Shown here: one piece after another, positions 25,690-38,860 of the stretch | How the letters are laid out: each line of letters starts with the position of its first letter | Position numbering within the stretch: the stretch's first letter is position 1 | Assembly: GCA_010405405.1 (NCBI GenBank) | Contig: MU004232.1 | Coordinates: 2,834,507 to 2,874,393 of the forward strand | Source: Microthyrium microscopicum | Lineage: Eukaryota | Length of the DNA stretch: 39,887 nt | Direction of reading: 5' to 3' | The notes under the pieces: model-generated | What the model was told of the DNA's origin: nothing | Database searches by the model: none | What the model saw: the letters and a program-made list of their open reading frames with translations, nothing else | Translations under genes and position numbers: made by a program

Positions 25690-26170
25690 AGAGAGTAGTA
25701 AGAAAATAGTTAGTTTATAGAGTATAGTAAAAAAAAGTAGAAAAAATAGTAAGAGAAAAGTTAGTTTATAGAATATAGTAAAAAGAAGTAGAAAAAGTAG
25801 TAAGAAAGAAGTTAGTTTATAAGATATAGTAGAGAAAAGTAGAAATTATAGTAAAAGAAAGATTAGTTTATAGAGTATAGTAGAAAAAAGTAAGAAAAGT
25901 AATAAGAAAGAAGTTAGTTTATAAAATATAGTAGAAAAAAGTAGGAATTATAGTAAGAAAAAAGTTAGTTTATAGAATATAGTAGGAAGAAGTAGGAATT
26001 ATAGTAAAAGTAAAGTTAGTTTATAGTATATAGTAGAAAGAAGTAAGAATTATAGTAAGAGTAAGGTTAGTTATAATATATAATAGAATAGAGTAAAAAG
26101 ATTAGTAAAAGTAAGGTTAATTTATAATATATAGTAGAGTAAAGTAGAATTAGTTATAAGAATAAATATA
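25690..26170. repeat. Minisatellite, ~9 units of 51 bp
   Basis: The anchor GTTAGTTTATA recurs at ~25709, 25760, 25811, 25862, 25913, 25964, 26015, 26066 and ~26116. Confidence 0.88.
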
Positions 26171-27369
26171 AGGTATAGTATATTATAGTAAGCTTAAGTA
26201 GAAATTATATAAAGAATAAAGAGTTTAGTATATTATAGTATAATTAAGTAGTAAGTTAAATATAAAGAGAGTATATAGTATAACGTAGTAAGAATAAATA
26301 TAAGTTATTATAATTACTAGTTTAGAATAATATAAAGTAGTTTAGAGAGTTAAAATCTAGTAAGGTAAATAAAATAAGAGTAAATAATTAAAGAAATAGA
26401 AAGGAAATAAACTTATATATATATTCTTATATAGTAGACGTTTATAAGCTAGAGTTAGGTTAGTCTATATACAAAATATTAGACTACTAAAAGTTTATAT
26501 TTTTAGTAGAGAAATACCTCTATACTTCTATAACTTTTCTAATACTTACTTAATAAATATACTCTAAAGCTTATATTACTTAAGTTAACGTTCCTTATTA
26601 AATATATATAATTTTATATAATATAGTACTTTTATTAAATAGATAGATTTAATAGTATAAAGTTAGAACTTAGTAAAAATTTTATTATTAAAATACTACG
26701 TTAAAAAGACTTAGTAAAGTAACTTACTAATAGAATATAACTTCTTCTTTAATTATTAGTAATAATATTTACTAAACTAATACCTAATAGTATAATACTA
26801 CTTTACTTTATAGCTCTATATATTATTTACTTATACTTACTTTATCTAAAGTTAACTCTTTATTTAATTCTAGTAGTTTTAGTAACTTACTCTAAAAAGC
26901 TTTTTAAAAACTATAACCTAGCTTTTTTAATATTTTTCTTAAGCTATAGTTTTTAAAAAGCTTATAGTAATATTTAAATTATTAATATACTATGCTATAT
27001 TATGCTATATTATAATTAAGCTAAAAGTTAATAGTTTTAAATAAATATATTTACTCTACGTATTATAGTTACTAATTATTATAATATAAAACTATTAAAT
27101 AACTAGGTTATAGACTTTAGATAGCTTTTTAGTACCTTATTATAAGACTAGGATATAGTAATAATAAGTACTATTTTAATTTATTATAGTAAATATTAAA
27201 TAATTTATATATACTAAAAAAGATAGTATAAATAATAATTAAGATATAGAAGATAGAAAAAGAAATATATTATTATAAAGTTTACTAGTCTTCCTAACTC
27301 TAGCTAAACCTTTACCTAACTCTAAACTAAAATATTATTAACTCTACTCTTTAATACTACTACTTTTTT

Positions 27370-28503
27370 TATTAGGAAATAGTAGGTATAAGAGCATAGT
27401 AAAAGCTTATTGTAATTATAGAATCTAAGATAAGGAATCTAGCTAAGAGGACCGTAGTAAGGATATAAATAGGCGTGTAGGTAGACCGTACGCGTACTAA
27501 TACGTAACATAACGTCACTACAGCCTTAGTACTAATAGAGGTCTATAGAGAGGCAGCCCGAAGGGCGCAGATCTATATATCTAGAGGAGATCCGTAATAA
27601 TACTCCCTCCTTTAAATTTAGTGCTCCTAAACTAAAATTACTCCTACTCTTCCTTCTCGTTCTAAATTTAGCTTTAGGAAGGGAAACTATAGAGTAAAAA
27701 CCCCTCCTTCTTTATTTTAATCTACGTATTAGCACTATAAAGTATTAATAATAAACGAAGGCGCTTTAGCTATTTAGTAGTACGTATACTTAATAATACG
27801 TAAATTTAGTAGCGTGTTTTTTACGCATTAAATTACTATTAGATCTACTCTTAAATTGTAGTAGGATCTAATTCCTTATTCCTAATTAATATTTCTCTCT
27901 CCTCCTATAGAAGGCTCCTATAAGCATTTAACTCCTAATTTCGTTAGGTAAGCCCTACGCTCTTTAGCTCTAGCTTTAGCCTCTGTATCCTATTATAGTA
28001 ATAGCTTCTATAAGCAACTTCTAATTAGGAGTAGAATTGCAACGTTAGCTTTAATATAGTAAACGTATAGTAGGGTAGCTCTATAGTATAGGCCCCAAGG
28101 TAATCCGTACGTTATCGTAGCGATTTTAGTATTATAGAGTAGTAGTAGCGCCGCAAGATCTATCTTTAAATAGCAAAATTAGCCTACGCGCGCACGCTTC
28201 TAAGCCTACTTAAAAACTAATAGCTAGAAGCATTAATAAGCTCCTAGATTAAGGTTTTAAGAGTCTTAGATTATGTTAGAAAACGGTAGATATAAGAGCG
28301 TAGTAAGGGCTTATTATAATTATAGAATCTAAGGCAAGGAATCTAGCTAAGAGGATTGTAGTAAGGATATAAATAGGCGTACAAGTAGACTATATACGTA
28401 CTAATACATAATATAACGTTACTATAGCCTTAGTACTAATAGGGGTCTATAGAGAGGCAGCTTAAAGGGCGTAAATCTATATATCTAGAAGAGATTCGTA
28501 ATA
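27370..28503 (-). mobile_element. Miniature LTR element (TRIM-like), 1134 bp
   Basis: 230-bp direct repeats at 27370-27599 and 28274-28503 (right copy starts TGTTAG). The 5-bp TSD TTTTT is confirmed by the length of the empty site at ~32331-32340. Polypurine tract GGAGGGAGTAT (minus) at 27600-27610; 674-bp interior with no pol motifs. Confidence 0.92.
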
Positions 28504-29354
28504 TTTTTCTACTTAATAATTATAGAAATACTATTCTTTTATATTTCTTAATAATAAACTTTATATAAAAGAAAACTACTTATTCTACTATTAATTATAC
28601 TAATTAAAGACTTATAATAGTAATATACTATTTATAAAATATAGTAAAATTATAATAAATATATATATAACTAGTACTTTAATAAATTAGTCCTTAGAAG
28701 GATAAGTAAGTTTTTAAAAGAACTATAAGATATATTAAAGTAGATATACTTAATAGAGCTTAATATTAATACTAATTTTATTATACTAACTAACTAAAGT
28801 AGTTTAGAATATATCCTAAAAAAATTTAGAGAGTTATTAAGTAATAAGCTCTTCTATCTTACTAATAATACTACTTTATATATACTCTATATTTTTTTAC
28901 TACATAAACCTTTTTTAGGTTTACTATACTTTTAGTATTAATACTACTTAGATATAAATACTTAGACTTATAGAGTATTAAGGCGTATTAAGATATAGAA
29001 GTATAATAATAAAGATAAATTTATTAGTCTATATAAGATTAGTAAATATATTAAAGTAGTTTCTATTACTTAGTATAAAATTACTTTATATTATTTTTAC
29101 TTAATAATTATCTAGTAAATTATATTAGCTATAAAATTCTATATATCTTTACTATTTACTTACTATATAACTTTAGTACTATATCTTACTAGATATTAAT
29201 AACTTTTATAGTATATTTTTATTTTAGGACTTATATTATCTTTTTAATATTAATAAAGTTATATATACTAATTATAAAGAAATTTAGCTATTTAATTTTA
29301 ATATATCCTAATATTTACTTATAACTATTAAGATTACCTTTACTTAAAAATACT

Positions 29355-29690
29355 ATAAAAGTATATAAAATAACTTCTATTTCTATTAATATAAGGCTAA
29401 AAAAGAAATAGATAATATATTTATACTTAGCTTATTAAGCTACTTATTTTCTATATTTTTTTACTATAGTAAAAAAATATTCTCTATAAAGATTAATTTA
29501 GTAACTTTACTACTACTAAGGTTATTAAAATATATAAAATTACTTCTATCTTTACTAATATAAGGCTAAAAAATAAATAGATAATATATTTATACTTAGC
29601 TTATTAAGCTACTTATTTTCTATATCTTTCTATAATAGTAAAAAAAATATTTTTTATAAGAATTAAATAGATAACCTTACTATATGTAGG
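29355..29690. repeat. 169-bp tandem repeat (2 units here; 3 units at ~33185-33765 in copy 2)
   Basis: AATATAAGGCTAAAA at 29388 and 29557; in copy 2 at 33216, 33464 (gap-inflated spacing) and 33633. Confidence 0.85.
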
Positions 29691-30102
29691 ATTTAAACTT
29701 ATAACTTTAACTTTATATAATAGTAGAGTTATATACTACTATTATACTAGTATAGTAAAATTTTAGACTAAATTATAGTATTAAAGTTAAAATAAATTTA
29801 GAGTTAAAGTTTATAGTTTTTAAATATATATTACTATATATTACTACTACTAATATTTAGCTACTATCTATCTTAATTTTAGCTTTACTTAAACTCTTCT
29901 ACCTAAAATTTATTTAGTAAAAATATACTAGAGTTAAAATAAATCTAAGAAAATTCTTTAAAAAAATTCTTAGCTATTTACTTTAACTTCTAATACTAAT
30001 ATTTAGTATCTACTTTTAATACTAAAATTTAATATATACTCTTAATACTTAGCTTCTATTAGCTTTAACTACTAGTATATATATTTAATATTTACTTTCT
30101 AA

Positions 30103-30170
30103 TTTAGCTTTTAGCTTCTAGCTTCTAGTTTTTAGCTCCTAGCTCTTAGCTTCTAGCTTCTAGCTTCTAG
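30103..30170. repeat. 7-bp tandem repeat (TAGCTTC-like), ~9 units; ~4 units at ~34190-34218
   Basis: Directly visible; copy number differs between the two duplicated copies. Confidence 0.85.
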
Positions 30171-31397
30171 TACTTTAACTTCTATATATATTAACTCCTA
30201 TTTACCTTAACTTCTATTTATCTTAACTCTTAATACTAATATATACTTAAGTACTTCTTCTTTTAGTATTATAGCTAGTTATTAAATTAAATTTAGTAGT
30301 ATATCTTAGTAATAAAGCTTAATATTAGTTAAGGTATCTTATTTTTAAAAGTATAAAAACTATACTTTATTCTAATATTATTCTTTATTATTTTTAGATT
30401 AATTAACCTTATTTAGAAACTATCTTCTATATTTAGAAATAAATAGGAGATAATATATTTAGTAGATATTTCCTAATAATATATTAATCTTATTATAAGA
30501 CTTAGATAAGAAGCTTAGAGGTATATTTATAAATAAATTAGCTTAAGTAAATAATATTTCTAATATTAATTTTTATAAAGTTCTACTATTACTTTAGGTA
30601 TAAAGATATTTATTAGTATCTATATATTTATTTATATTTATTTTAATTTCTAATACTAATATTTAATATTTTTTTCTAGTTTTTAGCTTTTATACTTATA
30701 TATAAAGTTAATTATTATTCTTAAAGTAGTACTAGTTTATTATACTACTTATAAAGATAATTATAGTATTATCTATATACTAGCTAAGTTTAATATATAT
30801 ATTACTTATATTTATAGCTTCCTTCTTTATTTTTCTTATTTTATATTTCTCTTTTTTTTTTTTACTTTACTATCTTTATTTTTTTCTTTTTTACTCTTTA
30901 CTCTTTATAATAGTTTATATTATAGTAATATATAAAATAAGTAAATAAGTAAGTTAATTTTATATAGAAAGTCTTATTATATATACTAACCTATAAACTT
31001 TATTTTAGTTATATTATTATATTAAGTACTTAGTAAGACTTTATAGTTAAAGTCTTTAATATTATTAATTAGGAAGTAAGTATATAAAGTACTATAGTAT
31101 ATATACTAATAGTAAGATTTAATAATAATATCTTTTATTTATATTTAGCTATTAATACTTATAATATAACTATTTAGTTACGCTTTTATAGTAAAATCTA
31201 ATATAAATATAGCTTTATTTAGTTATAGTAGTTATATAATTAAAGTTATTACTAATATTCTTAATAATTAGCCTAATCTTACTATAGATTATAATAGTAT
31301 TAATTATAAAGTTAGTTATAATAAATACTATTTATATAATACTAGAAAATACTTTTATATTTATCTTTATATAAGTAGTTTATAGAAACCTAACGTT

Positions 31398-34300
31398 ATA
31401 GTAGACGTTTATAAGCTAGAGTTAGGTTAGTCTATACGTAAAATATTAGACTACTAAAAGTTTATATTTTTAGTAGAGAGATACTTTTATACCTCTATAA
31501 CTCCTCTAATACCTACTTAATAAATATACTCTAAAGCTTATATTACTTAGGTTAATATTCTCTATTAAATATATATAATTTTATATAATATAGTGCTCTT
31601 ATTAAGTAAATAGATTTAATAGTATAAAGTTAGGACTTAATAAAAATTCTATTATTAAAATACTATATTAGGAAGACTTAGTAAGATAACTTACTAATAA
31701 AATATAACCTCTCTTTTAACTATTAGTAATAATATCTACTAAACTAATACCTAATAGTATAATACTACTCTGCTCTATAGCTCTATATATTATTTACTTA
31801 TACTTACTCTATTTAAAGTTAACTCTTTATTTAATTCTAGTAGTCTTAGCAACTTACTCTAAAGAGCTCTTTAAAAACTATAACCTAGCTTTTTTAATAT
31901 TCCTTCTAAGCTATAGTTTTTAAGAAGCCTATAGTAATATCTAAATTACTAATATACTATACTATACTATACTATATTATAATTAAGCTAAAAGTTAATA
32001 GTCTTAAATAAATATATTTACTTTATATACTATAGTTACTAATTATTATAATATAAGACTACTAAATAACTAGGTTATAGACTTTAGATAGCTCTTTAGT
32101 ACCTTATTATAAGACTAAGATATAGTAATAATAGGTACTATCCTAATCTATTATAGTAAATATTAAATAATTTATATATACTAAAGAAGATAGTATAAAT
32201 AATAATTAAGATATAGAAGATAGAGAAAAGAATATATTATTATAGAGTTTACTAGTTCCTTTAATTCTAGCTAAACTTTTACCTAACTCTAAACTAAAAT
32301 ATTACTAACTCTACTTTTTAATACTACTACTTTTTCTTATCTAGTAATTATAAAAATACTATTCTTCTATATTCCTTAATAATAAACTCTATATAAAAGG
32401 AAACTATCTATTCTACTATTAATTATACTAGTTAAAGACTTATAATAGTAATATACTACTTATAAAATATAATAAAACTATAATAAATATATATATAACT
32501 AGTACTTTAATAAATTAGCCCTTAGAGAAATAAGTAAATTTCTAAAAAGACTATAAAATATATTAAAGTAAATATACTTAATAAAGCTTAATATTAATAC
32601 TAATTTTATTATACTAACTAACTAAAGTAGCCTAAAATATATCCTAGAAAAACTTAGAGAGTTATTAAGTAATAAGCCCTTTTATTTTACTAATAATACT
32701 ACTCTATATATACTTTATATCTTTCTATTATATAAACCTTCTTTAAGTTTATTATACTTTTAGTATTAATACTACTTAGATATAAAGGCTTAGACTTATA
32801 AAGTATTAAAGTATATTAAGATATAGAAGTATAATAATAAGAATAAATTTACTAGTCTATATAAGATTAGTAAGTATATTAAAGTAATTTCTATTACTTA
32901 GTACGAAATTATTTTATATTATCTTTATATAATAACTATTTAATAAATTATATTAGCTATAAAATTTAATACGCCTTTACTATTTACTTACTATATAATT
33001 TTAATATTATATTTTACTAGATATTAATAACTTCTATAGTATATCTTTATTCTAAGACTTATATTATCTCTTTAACGTTAATAAAGTTATATACGCTAAT
33101 TATAAAGAAATTTAGCTATTTAATTTTAATATATCCTAATATCTATCTATAACTACTAAGATTATCTCTACTTAAAAGTACTATAAAAATATATAAAATA
33201 ACCTTTATCTTTACTAATATAAGGCTAAAAAAGAAATAGATAATATATCTATACTTAGCTTATTAAGCTACTTATTTTTTATATCTTTTTACTATAGTAA
33301 AAAAATATNNNNNNNNNNATAATATATCTATACTTAGCTTATTAAGCTACTTATTTTTTATATCTTTTTACTATAGTAAAAAAATATCCTCTATAGAGAT
33401 TAACCTAGTAACCTTGCTACTACTAAGGTTACTAAAATATATAAAATTACTTTTATCTCTACTAATATAAGGCTAAAAAAGAAATAGATAATATATTTAT
33501 ACTTAGCTTATTAAGCTACTTATTTTCTATATCTTTTTACTATAGTAAAAAAATATTCTCTATAGGAATTAATCTAGTAACCTTATTACTACTAAGGTTA
33601 CTAAAATATATAAAATTACCTTTATCTTTACTAATATAAGGCTAAAAAATAAATAAATAATATATCTATACTTAGCTTATTAAGCTACTTATTTTCTATA
33701 TCTTTTTATAATAGTAAAAAAAAATGTTTTCTATAAAGATTAAATAAGTAACTCTACTATACGTAAGATTTAAACTTATAACCTTAACTTTATATAATAG
33801 TAGAATTATATACTACTATTATACTAATATAGTAAAATTTTAAACTAAATTATAGTACTAAAGTTAGAATAAATTTAAAATTAAAGTTTATAGTTTTTAA
33901 ATATATACTACTATATATTACTATTACTAATATTTAGCTACTATCTACCTTAATTCTAGCTCTATCTAAACTTTTTTATTTAAAATTTACTTAGTAAAAA
34001 TATACTAAAGTTAAAATAAACCTAAAAAAATTTCTTAAAAAAATTTCTAGCTATCTACTTTAATTCCTAATATTAATATTTAGTATCTACTCTTAATACT
34101 AAAATCTAATATATACTATTCTTAATACCTAGCTCTTATTAGCTTTAACTACTAGTATATATATTTAATATTTACTTCTTAATTTAACTCTTAGCTCCTA
34201 GCTTTAGCTTTTAGCTCTTTAACTTCTATATATATTAACTCCTATCTACCTTAACTCCTATCTATCTTAACTTCTAATACTAATACGTACTTAAATACTT

Positions 34301-35441
34301 CCTTTTTTAGTATTATAGCTAGTTACTAAATTAAATTTAGTAGTATATCTTAATAATAAAGCTTAATATTAGTTAAAATATTTTATTTTTAAAAGTATAA
34401 GAACTATACTTTATTCTAATATTATTCTTTATTATTTCTAGATTAATTAACCTTATTTAGAGACTATCTTCTATATTTAAGAATAAATAGAAGATAATAT
34501 ATTTAGTAGATATTTCCTAATAATATATTAATCTTATTATAAAACTTAAATAAAGAGCTTAAAGGTATATTTATAAATAGATTAGCTTAAGTAAACTATA
34601 TTTCTTATATTAATTTCTATAAGGTTCTATTATTACCTTAGATATAAAGATACTTACTAATATCTATATATTTATCTATATCTACTTTAACTCTTAATAC
34701 TAATATTTAATATTTCTTTCTAATTTCTAGCTTTTATACTTATATATAAAGTTAACTATTATTCTTAAAGTAGTACTAGTTTACTATACTACTTATAAAA
34801 GTAATTATAGTATTACTTATGCGCTAGCTAAACTTAATATATATATTACTTATATTTATAGCTTTTTTCTTTACTTCTCTTATTCTATACTTTTCTCTTT
34901 CTTCTTTACTTTACTATTTTTATTTTTTTCTTTTCTACTCTTTACTCTTTATAATAGTTTATATTATAGTAATATATAAAATAAGTAAATAAGTAAGTTA
35001 ATTTTATATAAAAAGTCCTACTATATATACTAATCTATAAACTTTATTTTAGCTATATTATTATATTAAGTACTTAGCAAAACTTTATAGTTAAGGCCTT
35101 TAATATTATTAATTAGGAAGTAAGTATATAAAGTACTATAATATATATACTAATAGTAAGATTTAATAATAGTATTTTTTATTTATATCTAGCTATTAAT
35201 ACTTATAATATAGCTATTTAATTATACTTTTATAGTAAAACTTAATATAAATATAGCTTTATTTAGTTATAGTAGCTATATAATTAAAGTTATTACTAAT
35301 ATCTTTAATAATTAGCCTAATCTTACTATAGATTATAATAGTATTAATTATAAAATTAGCTATAATAAATACTATTTATATAGTATTAGAAAATACTTTT
35401 ATATTTATTTTTATATAAGTAGTTTATAGAAACCTAATATT
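31398..35441 (+). repeat. Tandem duplication copy 2 (no mini-LTR)
   Basis: Head-to-tail junction ...AACCTAACGTT|ATAGTAGACG... at 31397/31398. Many transition differences from copy 1. Confidence 0.93.
33309..33318. other. Assembly gap (10 N) with identical 69-bp overlap
   Basis: 33240-33308 is identical to 33319-33387. Confidence 0.95.
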
Positions 35442-35555
35442 TAATAAGCTATTACTAAATATAATACGTAGACTATTAGCTAAAAATAGTTAAGTAGCTA
35501 GCTATAGTTTCTTATTTATATATAAGTCTAAACTAAAATTATATCTTAGTTAGTA

Positions 35556-35565
35556 NNNNNNNNNN
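35556..35565. other. Assembly gap (10 N) with identical 406-bp overlap
   Basis: 35150-35555 reads identically to 35566-35971, unlike every real repeat pair in the window. Confidence 0.95.
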
Positions 35566-36004
35566 CTAATAGTAAGATTTAATAATAGTATTTTTTATTT
35601 ATATCTAGCTATTAATACTTATAATATAGCTATTTAATTATACTTTTATAGTAAAACTTAATATAAATATAGCTTTATTTAGTTATAGTAGCTATATAAT
35701 TAAAGTTATTACTAATATCTTTAATAATTAGCCTAATCTTACTATAGATTATAATAGTATTAATTATAAAATTAGCTATAATAAATACTATTTATATAGT
35801 ATTAGAAAATACTTTTATATTTATTTTTATATAAGTAGTTTATAGAAACCTAATATTTAATAAGCTATTACTAAATATAATACGTAGACTATTAGCTAAA
35901 AATAGTTAAGTAGCTAGCTATAGTTTCTTATTTATATATAAGTCTAAACTAAAATTATATCTTAGTTAGTATTAATACTATACTAGTACTAAAATTATTT
36001 AGTA

Positions 36005-37980
36005 AAAATATAATAACTTTATAGCCTCTTTTAGTAATAAAGCTAAGTATATACTAGACTCTAAAATTATTTTAAAACTACTATAGATAATAAAAGTAGT
36101 TACTAAATAACTAGCTAGAAGCATAATAGCGTCTAACTCCTAAAGCTCTTAGAACTAAGAGTTTAAAGTACTTTATCTTAATAGAGAAGTCTATTAAATA
36201 AATTCTTAAAGTATTAGCTTTTAAGTCTTAATAATTAGTACTATCTATATAGATAGTATAAGCCTAATTATAAATAAAATATATCTTAAAACCTAAATAA
36301 TAATAATAACTTAGTACTAAAGTTATAATTTAGATTATAGTTTAGAATCTAAGTAATAAGAATTAACTACTTATTAACCTATATAGATAATATAGAACTA
36401 TAACTTAGTATAAAATATATATTAATCTTATACTATAATTTTATTATACCTTTTTAAGGTAATAATAAAAGAAGTATAAAATATTATTATATTTATTTAA
36501 ATTAAACTTTAGAGATATATAAAATCTATAACCTAGTATAATATACTACTTTAAGGTTATACTTTTTATATATTCCTTTATAGTAATAGTAAAAAAAATA
36601 TAGTATACTAATTTAGAATTATATCTTTTATATACCTTTTTATAATAATAAGAAAGAATTATAGTATACTAGTCTTAGGCTATAGTTTTTATCTACCTTT
36701 TAGGCTTTAGTAATAAAGAAAGCATAATATAGTATTATACTTATAATAAAAAGAAATATTAAAGTATATATTATATAAGTTATTAATATAGATAAAATTT
36801 AAAAACTAGAAGTAGAATAACTATATATACTAAAATACCTAAGGCTAAGAGGATCTAGCTTAGAAATACTAAAACTTTCTAAACTAGAATCTAGTATTTA
36901 ATTTTTATGTAATAACTATAGATAAGAAAGGTTAGAGAACTAAGCTACTACTTACTTAAGATAAACTAGTTACTTAATAGTAGTCTTATATTAATACTAA
37001 TAACCTTAAGAACTTACTATATATTATAATTATAATCTTAATATTTTAATTACTATTTATAATAATATAATAATAGTAGGAAATATCTTAATATAAGTAA
37101 ATAATTTCTAGTCTCTAAGTTAGATATAGTAACTAACTAAGTATTACTTTATTCTTACTTAATTCTATATAATAAATTAAAATATAAATACCTTATATAC
37201 TAAATCTCTATTTTCTTCTTTCTATATCTACTAATACTTAATTTATATCTATAATATTTATTATTATAAGCCTTATAAGTCCTTTACGTAAAGCCTACTA
37301 CCTATATAAAATAATAGAAGAGTAAATAGAAAAGTAAATAGAAAAGCAAATAAAAGGGCTAATAAAAGAGTAAATATAAGCTAAACTAGATATATGCCTT
37401 AAAGAATTACTTAGATTTTATAACTCCCTATAATTAATAATCTTACTAAAGCTAATACTAGTTAATATAATAGTATAGGACATTAAATTATAAGAAGATT
37501 TTAATCCTAATAATATAGACTAGCTATATAACTTTATCTAAACGTTTATAATTCTATATATATATAGTTAACCTTTCTAATATTTTATAACTAATAATAA
37601 TAATAATAATAACGATAGTAATAATATTAATAGTAATAATAATAATAGTAATAAAGGTCTTAAATACTTAGATATATTAGATAAGAATAACTTAGACTTA
37701 AAGAATAATATAGACTTAAAAGGTTTAAGTTCTAATAAAGATTAATTAGAGTTATAACTCTAACGACTAATAGTTATTATAATTCAAGTTAAATTATAGG
37801 ATAATATTTATACTTTAAATACTAAAATAAATAGATAGATTTAAATTAAGATTAATAAATTTAATATTTAACTTCTTTATTATATTTACTACTAATATAA
37901 CTCTCTTCTACTAATACTAACTTATAATAATAAGAATATAATAATTTACTATAGTAATAATTATAATTAAGATATAAATA
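36005..37980 (+). pseudogene. Unidentified RIP-degraded gene(s) with an Asp/Ser/Glu-rich tract
   Basis: Long protein-like plus frames. The (AAT)n run at ~37593-37655 retains AAC/GAT/GAC codons and de-RIPs to DDDDDDDDSDD...SDEDDSDSEDD. Exon structure unresolved. Confidence 0.4.
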
Positions 37981-38109
37981 GATTAAGAATATATATAGAA
38001 ATAATACTAGTATAAGTATAAATAATAATAATATATATAATATTAATAGTATTATTTAATAAACTATACTTAAAAAGTTAACTAGACTAAACCTCTAGTA
38101 TTCTAAACT

Positions 38110-38350
38110 CTTAGCTAACCCTAAGCTAACTCTAGGTTAACTCTAGGCTAACTCTATATATAGATAGGCTAATATTTAAACCCTAAGCTAGTATTTAAAT
38201 CTAGGCTAACTCTAAGCTAACTCTAAGCTAACTCTATATATAAGTAGGCTAATATTTAAACCCTAGACTAATATTTAAACCCTAGGCTAGTATTTAAACT
38301 ATATACTATATATAATCTAGGTTAACTTTATACTAACTCTATATTAACCT
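38110..38350. repeat. Compound array of 11-bp (GCTAACYCTAR) and ~20-bp (CTARTATTTAAACCCTAGR) units
   Basis: Directly visible, organised as two to three higher-order blocks. Confidence 0.75.
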
Positions 38351-38860
38351 AATATTTAGTATTAAGAATAGAATAGAGGATAATATATAGAAATAAGTTA
38401 AATTTTTTAGAAATATATATACTACTCTAGTAGTTTATATAAATTATAAAATATCCTAAATAAAGCTTAAGATATATATCTTTAACTTTATATAAGAAAG
38501 TTTTAATAAAAATATAATTCTTTATATAATTACTAACCTTTTTTATAGGCCTAGTTATATATAGTAATCTAGTTTAATACTATTTTAAGATATTAAATAA
38601 CTAGTCTAATATTTACTAGATAGAGCTTACTAAATTAATATTATTATACTAGGTAAATTACTAGTCTAAACTATAATTTAATAATTTTTAAACTTATAAA
38701 ACTTAGTAAATTTTATAATTTAATCTTAACGCTTAGTAGTAGAAGTACTTTAAAGAGTAGTTTACTTTTAGTAGTTAATAAGTATAACTAATTAATATAG
38801 ATACTTTATTTACTTAATCTTGTTATAAATTTAAGTATAAACTAACTACTAATCTTATAG

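Larger units (their letters stand above)
26431..31397 (+). repeat. Tandem duplication copy 1 (~3.83 kb plus the mini-LTR insertion)
   Basis: Starts ATAGTAGACGTTTATAAGCTAGAG, ends GAAACCTAACGTT; colinear with 31398-35441. Confidence 0.93.

Noticed and set aside
33240..35971. Recent perfect duplications around the N runs
   Set aside because: They are identical overlaps abutting 10-N gaps, i.e. unmerged contig ends.
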